This document shows positions 53,521 through 64,000 of a DNA stretch of 64,000 bases, in pieces. The stretch comes from the human T2T-CHM13v2.0 reference genome, Homo sapiens, in NCBI RefSeq assembly GCF_009914755.1, contig NC_060938.1; one strand, given 5' to 3'. The position numbers and the translations under genes are program-made. Every line of letters begins with the position of its first letter. Within the stretch, counting starts at the first letter, position 1. The notes below the pieces were generated by a model. The model made no database searches. It was not told the DNA's origin and saw only the letters and a list, made by a program, of their open reading frames with translations.

Positions 53521-56114
53521 GTGTGGATGTACCACATTTTATTGATCAAATCCACTGTTGATGGGCACCTAGGCTGACTCCATGTCTTTACTATTGTAAT
53601 AGTGCTGCGATGAACATGCAAGTGCATATGTCTTTTTCGTAGAATAACTGACTTTCTTTGAGTCATATACCAGTAATGGAATTGTTGGCTTGAGAGGTAA
53701 TTCTATTTTAAATTCTTTGAGAAATTTCCAAACTGCTTTAAACAGTGGCTGAACTAATTTACATTCGCACCAATTATGTGTAAATGTTCCCTTTTCTCCA
53801 CAGCCTCCCAAGATCTGTTGTTTTTTGATTTTTTAATAGTAGCTATTCTGACTGGTATAGGATAGTATCTCGTTTTGGTTTTGATTTGCATTTCTCTCAT
53901 GATTAGTGATGTTAAGCCTAATCTCTGCCACCTGAAAACTGGGAAAATACAGTGTCACTTGTCAAAATAAATGGTTTTACTTTGCTTTAAAAATAATCAA
54001 TTGAATAGTATATTTCTTCCAGCAAAATTAAGAAGTAAACATTTAGAAATGTACATTACCTTGCTGTTAAGTCTTCGCACAAGTATACCAATCCAAAATA
54101 AAGGCCATCTTAAACTTTCATTTGAAATGAAAGACAATTTTTAAGAGGTTAAGGGCTAGTAATTTGTTAAAGTCCTGAAGTTAAATTAGCTTAAGTAAAT
54201 ACAAAGACTTTCCTTTAATTAAAGTCTTTTAAATGAACACTTTAAAGCATAGTTGGTTTCTCCCTCAAATCTTGTCCAAAGCCACTGTTTACAACTCAGT
54301 ATATCAAAGAAGGTTTCAGACATGATTGTGAAGCTCCCTCAACTTACAGTGTGCTATTTGCAACCTTAGATGGCTATCATTCTGGCTTTTCTACCTTTTA
54401 GCAACAATAAGCACACCAGTCCCATTTCTCCCCCACCCTGACTTACCCCTCTTTGCATTTAATAGATAATTTTTCTCAGAGTGTTCTTACACATCTTTAA
54501 CTGTAAATATGACAAAAGCACACAGTATAGTACATGTGCCACATGTATAAATGTTGTATCTAGTCATACAATTTTCCTTTTAAAAAAGAAATATTTTATT
54601 TTCAAAAAGCAAAGACTCTAGGAATCTTTTCTAGCTGCCAGTCATAAAAACATAAATTCCTGGTTAGATTCCCAAATTTGCCTGACCATAAGAACCACTT
54701 GTGGTACTTCTCAAACACATGTATTCTGAGTCCCATCCGTGATCTCCTGAATCAGAATCAGCACGTGAGAGGCCTGGGAATACACATTTTAAACAAACGT
54801 CCACAGTGATTACGATTAGTCAAGCTTGAAAAAAATTTCACTAGGATCTTTATGACTGAATATCCTCACAAACATAGGAAAGTTACTAGAGAAAAATATG
54901 AGGAGAATTTCAGAATTTTTCCTTTGCTGAAAGTGTTTGTTCCCTCCTCCTCTACTCATCAAGACCTGACTGCTTATGTAACTCCCCCAAACCATCAACA
55001 CCTGGAAGGAGTTGAAAATGATTTTAATGAAGAAGAAAAGCTGATGTTTAATTTCAAAACTGACGGTGACAATAGAAGGGAGAGTCATGAATTTATCTTG
55101 ATTCTAACACAAAGCATTGTATTTGAGTCTACAAACGAAATTGGTTTCATTTGTATTTTTTGTAAGTTTTCGCCAAACTCTAGGCATATATAGAGGCTGG
55201 GCAAGAAAGAAAGAAACCCAGAAATATGGCATATGCGATCCCTTATTTATATCCCCATGCGACCAGCCAACAGCTCCTTCACCTAGTCCCTGCTTCAAGC
55301 TGACTTTCTGTCTACTTCTCTATCGGAAATGGAGCTTCCCTAAAGACTACCTCAATGTCAGTTACCCACAGGCCATTTTTCCATCTTGTGTTCCTAAACC
55401 TCTATGATATTAAATGATATTACCCTTTCTGGAAATTGTCCTTAGCTTTGATTTTATAATTTTACTCTAACTTTGTTTCATTCCTTCTTTTATAGCCTTT
55501 CTTTTCTCTATCCCTTTACTGCAGACATGTTGTACAGCTTTGTTCTTGACCTTCTGATGTCTCCACTTTCATTCCCAAGAGCATGTATCCATTTTCTTGG
55601 CATCGCCCTTCCTAACTATCTGATTATTACCATCATATAATGATGTTGGTGATGAGCATAGCTAACATATCCTAGGCATTTTCCATGTAGGTTATTATAA
55701 GCACCCTATATAATTCGTACCATTTAATTCTTCAACCCTAAATGATACTATTACTAACCACATTGTATGAGATGAGGAAACTGAGATTTTCATCAAAACC
55801 ATGGAAAGCCAACGTGAGGAGCCCCTGTGTGTCTCCTTTGTTAATGCCTCTAGGCATCATGGCATGTGGATTGCGGTGGAATGGGGATTAGGAAGCGCAG
55901 CACTGTGAAAACACCAGAAAATATGATAGCAGGTAAGGACGTTCATCTCTGCACATTGAGATGGTTTTGTTTCTGAGTCAGGTTTGAGATGAGCCAATCC
56001 TGACTCCATGGTGCCACCAGGGATCACGAATTTAGTAAGATCTTCGTGGATGCTTGGAACCCAACTGGTTTCTGTTTTCTACTTTAGGGAAAGAGCCACA
56101 ACTTGAGTGGGGTG

Positions 56115-56186
56115 GTTTTGGTGTCACATACGCTATCAATAATACCCACCGTTTTGGTGTCACATACGCGATTAATAATACCCACC
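56115..56186. repeat. 36-bp tandem duplication (2 copies)
   Basis: GTTTTGGTGTCACATACGC(T/G)AT(C/T)AATAATACCCACC twice. Confidence 0.95.
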
Positions 56187-56569
56187 GCTGCGGAGGAATC
56201 ACCGTGGACTACTCCTCCTTTCATCCCATGCTCTTGCGATGGATCCCTCTCACCTGTTTACTGATTTCATTCAAATTCTTCAGTGACCACAGGACCCCGA
56301 TTTGCCTTCTCTATCCTGGTTCCCTTCACTCTGCTTTACAGGCCTGGCCTGCTCGCAGCTCCTCACACCAGCGCTGCAAGGCTCCCTCCTCGCCTCTGCC
56401 CTGTTTCCTCCAGCAGACAGGACTAGCTTCCTCCATCTCTATCGGGCAAAAGCCTGCCCAGCGTTCAAGACCCTCCTCAGATGCCGCCTCCACAACTAGG
56501 CTTCTTCCTGACCCCTGAGCCTGTAACATGCGCCACCATAACTCTCCACCTTAGCCCACATTGCCACAG

Positions 56570-57470
56570 CACTCGCGAAGTCCGCGGCCCTCAACATGGC
56601 GCTTCATTCTATTTTAGGGTATTTTCTGCTTGTTTCCTGCACACACAGTTGCGCGAGGCACAGCCCCGAGTGACCCGCGCACGAGTGGCCCCCGCTTCCA
56701 GACTCGCCGCCGCAGGCCAACGAGGGCAGCCTAAGCCACTTCCCGCCCCCGCGGGGACCGTCGCCAGCCCGCAGCTCTAGCGGGAGGCGGTTCCACAGCG
56801 AGCCCGGCAGTCCCGCCACCGTCAGCACCGGCGCCTCGGGCGGGCTTTCCCCACCTCTGGGAGGCACAAATCCTCAGGGGCTCCTCGAGAGGGAGCCAGG
56901 GAGCAGATGCGTGCGGACACCTTTCAGCCCTCTGAGGCCGCTGTAGCTCCGTGGCAGAAACCCGGAAGTGGAAATCTCAGCCATTCAGCGTTTGGGTGAA
57001 GATGAAGGCGGGTTCTGGACAGACGTACGCTGTCAGGAAGTGTTTACTTCGCCTCCACTTCTGTTCCTCCCCGCCCTGGTGCTGCTCCAGGTCACATACT
57101 TGTCCTGAGCCGGCTTCAGCCTCTCCGCGCAGAAGTCTCCCGGAGCCATGGCCGAGTACTCTTTTGTGAAGTCTACCAAGCTTGTGCTCAAGGGAACCAA
57201 GGCGAAGAGCTGGGTCCTGCAGCTCCGGTGGGAGCCTCCTCGGTTCTTTTCGGATGCACTCCACCCCCGCGGATCCGGTGGAAGCCGTGGTGCGAAGAGC
57301 TGGCTTCGTGGCCTCCCAGGTTTCGCCCTGACCCTGTCTGGGATGGACGGAGGCCGGACCGCGGTTCGTGGCGCCTGTGCAGAGAGGGGCAGCCTCCCGC
57401 GCTGACGACCCTGGAAACAGGATAGATGGGCGGGTGACCTGTGGCCACGTACCCACGAGTTTGGGTCCGC
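56570..57470 (+). promoter_or_regulatory. CpG island promoter of the FRG1 copy
   Basis: High GC and CpG density in an otherwise CpG-poor window; ETS motif CCGGAAGTG 56962-56970; YY1-like CAACATGGCG 56592-56601. Confidence 0.85.
56957..57209 (+). pseudogene. FRG1: FRG1-paralogue pseudogene, exon 1 (5' UTR; coding 57148-57209); specific paralogue not determined
   Basis: ATG 57148 encodes MAEYSFVKSTKLVLKGTKAKS vs FRG1 MAEYSYVKSTKLVLKGTKTKS; UTR begins GAAACCCGGAAGTGG; donor position reads AG|CTGGGT. Confidence 0.93.
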
Positions 57471-58359
57471 TGAGGCATCTCTCCAGGCCTCTGCCTGGTG
57501 GGTCTGCTTTAGTCTGATCTTGTAGTTCATGATAATAACTTCGTTTACTAGGGATTATTCTTTTCTCCATTGTCTCTTCCTGGAAAAATTATTGATTATT
57601 TTTTTCTAAGCTAGTATGTAGAGTGAAACCAGGATGAATCACACAGTGGTTGAGGTGTACATAGGCTTTGATAGGGATATGGGATGGAACCTGCACTCTG
57701 TCATTTACTAATTTTGTAATTTGTGGCAAATTGGTTAATATGTCTGAACTTCCATTTACTCATTAAGAGATCAAGTATCTTTAAACCTTCGTTTACACAT
57801 TTATACTTTCAGACCATTTTTTATACATTTAGAAGACTGTGAGGATTAAATTAGAGAACGTATATGCAGTAAATAAATTGAGCCAAATGTGAGGAGGAGT
57901 TCGTAGTGGTAATTTTTTAGCTCTTTAGGAGAAAAATACCTGTGCATTCATATCCTCGCTTCTTTTTTAACTGGCAGATTTGCCTGAGGTTGACTGTACA
58001 TACAAATATTGAGCATTTCCTCCTGGTCTCCATGATAAACAGAGGTTTTGATATTGTTAGGCGAGATGGAAAGTATCAAAGAGTGAGCTGAAACCACTGC
58101 CTTTGAGAACCCTCTCAAGGAGTCTGGCCTCATGAAGATGCCAGAATAAATGGCAGGTATATCCTGAATGAATGTGAGATTTTTACTCTGTGAATTTCCT
58201 GTGAGGAGTGGTGAGTTATCCTCTGAAAACTTTATGATGAAAATGCAGACAAGAGTGTCTTAAGATTATCGTAGTAATCATAATTAATGCTTATATAGCA
58301 CTTTCAATGCGCCAAGAAATTGTTGTAGGCACTTTGCACATTAACTTTTTTCAAATCGC

Positions 58360-58980
58360 TCTTGGGTTTTTATTTTTTTATTACGATGTAATTCATAATT
58401 ATAAAATTCACCCTTTTGTACAGTCAGTGGTTTTTAGTACATATTCAAGAGGTTCACCACTGTCTAGTTGCTCAGCATTTTCATCATCTCAGAAGGAAAT
58501 CTCTTCCTACCCATTAAAGCAGTCACATCCCATCCTCCCTCTCTCCTAGTCCTTGGCAACCACTAGTCTGCTATCTATGTGAAATTGCCTATTCTGAATA
58601 TTTCCTAAGAAAGCATGCAACATGTGGCCTTTTGTAGCTGGCTTCTTTCACTTATAACATTCTTGAGGTCCATCATTGTTGTAGCACTTGTTCCTTTTTA
58701 TGGCTGCATAGTATTCCATTGTATGGATGTGACATTTTATTCATCCATTCATCAGTTGATGAACATTTAGGTTGTTTCCCCTTTTTGACTATTGTGACTA
58801 ATGCTAGTGTGAATATTCTTATGTAAGTATTTTTGTGGGGTTATGTTTTCATTTCCCTTGGGTATACATACTTAGGAGTAAAATAGCTGGGTCATATGGT
58901 AACTCTTTAACTTTTTGAGGAACCACAAACTGTTTCCTGTAGATGCTGCACCATTTTACATTTCCACCAGCAATGCGTGA
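58360..58980 (-). mobile_element. Old L1 (L1MB/ME) 3' fragment in intron 1
   Basis: ggcaaccactagtctgct; atagtattccattgtatggat; gctgggtcatatggtaactct. Confidence 0.8.
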
Positions 58981-59355
58981 AGATACATATTACCTCTTAA
59001 TCCTCACAATAGCCTTAAGAGTTAAGTTATTATCCTAATTTTTTAAGTGGGGAAACTGACTCCCAGAGAGGTTCAGTACCTTTTCCAAAAATCACAGAGC
59101 TAAGAAGTGACAGAATCAAGATTTAAAATGTGGCAGTGTGGCTCTACAATCTGCTTTGAACTTTAACATAATATGTACAAAGCCTGAAGCAACTTCTCAG
59201 TATTGTATTTAAGAGGGCATAGCAATGTAAGTCTTCCTAAATCAATAATTTATAAATGAAACAGCTTAAAAGACTTCCAAGTTTCAATCTTACGATATTT
59301 ATTTATCACACAAATCAATATACCTAAACTCATCTGTATAAATAATGTCCTGTAG

Positions 59356-59425
59356 TAAGAAGAAAAAGAGGAAAGATAAGAAGAGAAAAAGAGAAGAAGA
59401 TGAAGAAACCCAGTTTGATATGTTG
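59356..59425 (+). pseudogene. FRG1: FRG1-paralogue pseudogene, exon 2 (70 nt, 1-nt deletion)
   Basis: cctgtag|TAAGAAG...GATATGTTG|gtgagt encodes KKKKRKDKKRKREEDEETQFDML vs FRG1 KKKKSKDKKRKREEDEETQLDIV; exon 3 is not in the window. Confidence 0.93.
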
Positions 59426-60307
59426 GTGAGTCAGTTTTCAGTGCTTTATTCTGAAAAAAGTTAACATTTCTTGAGATCTCATTGAAAATATTTTCCTAGT
59501 TAGAAATTTATGATGTATTCATATTTGTCTTAAAGTGCTTAAATATTACCTACAGGTGTAAATTCCATTTATTCTTTAGCACAGTAGATGCTACTGATGC
59601 CTTTACTTCATTATCAGAACAGAGCACAGGAGAGAAGAGTTACAACTCTCTGACTTAGTAGGCACCATTAGACTGCTTAATAGCCAGATATTCTGATACA
59701 TAATTTTAAAGGCTTAATGTAAATGTTATTCAACCAAATATATTTTACAAGTTATTTTCTTTGAACATGTATACATTTTAGTTGTAGAAGTCAGTTGTCT
59801 CTTAAACGAAGTATCTTCACAGGAAAAATCATTATTTTGTGAACTCTGAAATGAATGAAAATTTTAAATACAATATCAGGGTAGCCTGTAAATGATACTA
59901 GAAATAAACTGACCCAAACACACTTAACCAGCCTGTTTTCCACTTAGTTATTTCCGTACTTTTTTTTCTCTTTTAAAACTTGGCAAATTGCATTTTGAAT
60001 CTTCATAATTTATAGTAGCTTAAAAAATATATAAAATATGGAATGGTATAAAGCTAATATTCTGGAAGAATCATTACTTTTGAAATGGCAAATCAATAAT
60101 TCTAAAATTAGCATAAATATCTAGGGTAGATATGTAGATGTGGAATTGCTGTATCAAAGGATAGGTGAATGTTTAACTATATAAGAAACTGCCAAAAGTT
60201 TTCTAAAGTGGTTGTGCCATTTTACCCTCCCACCAACAATGAATTAGTTCTCCAGTTACATCTTTGCCAAGAGTCGATGGAGTTATCAGTCTTTTCTGCC
60301 AGTCTGA

Positions 60308-60588
<281 letters not shown>

Positions 60589-62403
60589 AGAAGCTTTTAA
60601 TTTTTATAAAGCTTAGTTTATTTTTTTTATTTTATGGTTACTACCTTATCTCTTTGATCTAAGACATCTTTGCTTACCTCAAAGTCAGGAAAATATTCTA
60701 CATTGTCTTTTAGAGGCCTCATAGTTTTAGTTTTTACATTAAATCTGTCATTAATCTCAAATTAATTTTTCGCATGGTGTGAGTTTGGTTTCAAGATTTA
60801 CTTTTTTTTTTTTTTTAACATCTTGATAGCCATTTGTGCCAGCACCACTGGTGTTCCCTTTTTGCATTAATCCATTTTCGTATCTTCATAAAAAATCAAT
60901 TAAATTTCTATGTATTGGTCTATTTCTGGACTCTGTTCTATCGATTGTCTGTTTTTCTATTGGTATATGTATCTTGATTGCTATAATTTCATGAAGTCTT
61001 GAGATCAGATAGTGTGTGTCCTCCAACTTTGTACTTACTATTAGTTTATTAATTTCTACAGTGAAGCCTGCTGGATTTTCTTGGAGAATTGTATTGAGTC
61101 CAGATTATTTTGGGGGAGAATCAACATCTTAATATTCGGCCTCAATATTTAATAATTTTCAATGTAGCAGTCTTGCATGCCTGTTTAAAAATTTATTCTT
61201 AAGTATTTTATAATTTTACACTACTGTCAGTAGAACATTTGAATTTGATTTTCCAGTTGTTTGCTCTCAGTATGTAGATACACATTTGATTTTTGTATAG
61301 TGACTTTGTAGTCTGATAAGTCTGTTTCACTTATTACTTCTAGTGGTTTGTTTATATAGAAAACTAAGAAATTTGCAATTACGTTTCCTCTGACTATCCT
61401 TTTACTTCTTACTTTCTAATCCTTATGTCTTGTCTTGCTTTTTATTGGTTTATTATACTGTCCAGGACTTCCATAGTGTTGAACAGAAGTCACGAGAATG
61501 GGCATAATTGCATGGTTCCCAAGCTTAGGCAGAAAGCTTTCAGTAGTCCACCGTATGGTATGATGTCTGTAGGATCTGCAGAGAAAACCTTTATCAAAAT
61601 GAGGACATTCCTTTTAAACTTTGTTTCTTGGGAGTTTTTATCATAACGATGTTTAATGCTGTCAAATGCCTCTTTCTGTATCTGTTGAGATGATTATACA
61701 ACTTTCTTCATTCTACCAATGAATTACACTGGTTTCATTTTCAACTTTTAAACTAACTTTACATCCCTGAGATAAACCCCACTTGGTTGTGGTGCGTTGT
61801 CCTTAGGGATATTGCTAGAGTTGATTTCTAGGTGTTTGTTTGTTTGTTTGTTTGTTTTTAAGATTTCTATATTGGTGTTGATGGGAGATATTGGACTTTT
61901 GTATCCTTTTCTTGTAATGACTTTATTTGATTTTGGTGTCAAGGTGATATTTGGTGTCATAAAATTAGATGGGAAGTGCTGTCTCCTTCCCTGTTTTTGG
62001 AAATAGCTGTGTAAGATCGGTATGATTTCTTCTTTACATGTTTGATAGGATTTACCAGTGAAGTCATCTGAACCTAGAGGGTTTTATTTGGTTTGGTTTT
62101 AGTTTTTTGGGAGAATTAAGATTTTTTTAAGAGATATTTTCAGATTTTTCTGTTGTCAGTTTTGGTAATTTGTGTCTTTTAGGAAAATTTCATTTCATCC
62201 AAGTTGTTGGATTTATTGGCATAAAATTGTTCAGAATATTCCTTTAATATCCTTTTAATGTCTTATAATCTAATCTGTATTGCAGTCTCTTCATATTGGT
62301 AATTTGTGTTTTTTCTATTTTTTCCTGGATCAGTCAGTCTAGCTGGAGGTTTATCAGTTCTTTATAAGATCACTTATTTTAGATCATTAATGATCTTTTA
62401 ATA

Positions 62404-62611
62404 CAGGGGTATTCAATCTTTTAGCTTCCCTGGGCCACAATGGAAGGAGAAGAATTGTCTTGGGCCACACATAGAATACACTAATGATAAGCTGATGAGC
62501 CAAAAAAAAGGAAAAAAATCTCATAATGTTTCAAGAAAGTTTATGAATTAGTGTTGGGCTGCATTCAAAGCTGGCCTGGGCCACATGCAGCCCTCAGGTT
62601 GGACAAGCCTG
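62404..62611 (+). mobile_element. MER30 DNA transposon
   Basis: CAGGGGTATTCAATCTTTTAGCTTCCCTGGGCCAC...GGTTGGACAAGCCTG. Confidence 0.9.
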
Positions 62612-62930
62612 TTTCAGTATTACTTATTTTGTCTTTTTTTCATTTTTTATTTCATTTATTTTCAGTCTTTTTTTTCCTCCCTTTAACTTATTTTCAGTTT
62701 ACTTTGCTCTTGTTTTATTGCTTCTTAAGAAAGCAGTTAGATATCTTCATTCCATGTTAGTTTTAGTTATAGTCAACACATTTTGCTTTCATTTTCATTC
62801 CATTCAAAATATCATCTAGTTTTCCTTGTGATTTTTCTTTTCATGGACATTTGAGTTATTTAAAAGTGTATTGTTTTTAACTTCTACTACATAGAGATAT
62901 TATAGGTATGTTATTGTTGCTGATTTTTAA

Positions 62931-63327
<397 letters not shown>

Positions 63328-64000
63328 TGTGGTTCAGTGTTCTTCAGATGTCAATTAGATCAACTGGTGGAGCTTGTGACTATGCACATCTTCTGTGTCC
63401 TTACTGATTTTTTACTCATCATACAATGTATTGAGAGTTATGTTAAAATCTCCAGCTGTAATTCTAGATCTGTCTACTTGAGCAGTTTTTGCTTAAAGTA
63501 TTTTGAAGCTGTCATGTGTACACATTTAGGATTGTTAAGTCTTCCTTATAAATTCAGTCTTTCATTTTCATAACATTTTAACCTTTATTTCTGTTAAATG
63601 TCTTGATGCCTAGTTAAATTATTTGACCACCCTTTTTCTCCTGTCAAACCTGGGCCTTTGTTAGTTTGTGCTTATTTATTAGGTTTTTGCCTGTAGACTT
63701 AGACAGTGACTCTTACTCTAGGAAAGATTCATCCTCATGGCCCTCAGCCACATGTTCTAGGTATACTTTGTGAGTTCTCTCCACTCTGCTATGTCCCAAA
63801 TTTGTGTGATCTCTGGCATCTCCAGTCAGCCCTCAGAAGTGCCAGCCACTCTGCAGAGGCCTTGTGGAGCCTGCCTGCTCTATGCACTCCCCCCAGCCCT
63901 TGGCCCCAGACCTGCAGAGAACTTTTGCATACTCTTTTGAGACCTCACCTGTATGTAGTTCCCTCTTCTCCAGTACCTTATTCTATAAACTCCAAACACC

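Larger units (their letters stand above)
52345..53915 (-). mobile_element. L1PA/PB-type 3' end carrying two MaLR LTR insertions
   Basis: ggggtacatgtgc..tttgttacatggg; ctcccacttata; tgcatccatgttgct; tttgatttgcatttctc. Confidence 0.88.

Noticed and set aside
57148-59425. Functional FRG1 gene
   Set aside because: The exon-1 donor is CT, exon 2 is frameshifted, and there are several amino-acid differences

Overview
Primate (human or ape-like) genomic DNA, mostly interspersed repeats: Alu, L1, L2, MIR, MaLR LTRs and DNA transposons. There is no intact protein-coding gene, CRISPR array, tRNA or rRNA. The right end holds the promoter CpG island, exon 1 and exon 2 of a duplicated (unprocessed) FRG1 copy on the + strand. 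It looks pseudogenised: the exon-1 donor reads CT instead of GT, and exon 2 is 70 nt against the 71 nt I recall for FRG1. The rest is about 57 kb of upstream sequence. Notable structures: (1) a 7SL retrocopy whose 3' segment has expanded into an 8-unit 31-32 bp minisatellite; (2) a Ricksha (MULE) transposon with a decayed transposase, a captured ERV-L/MLT2 fragment and nested Alu and full-length THE1 insertions; (3) several DUX4-type motifs; (4) a locally duplicated AT-rich cassette bracketing an unassigned GC-rich block with promoter motifs and a perfect minus-strand splice donor; (5) a 43-bp VNTR; (6) a 534-nt polypurine tract. I see no convincing new multi-gene system. The best candidates for undescribed biology are the 7SL-born VNTR and the 37.9-40.5 kb cassette. 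Repeat subfamily names come from remembered consensus sequences. Boundaries without a stated target-site duplication (TSD) are approximate.
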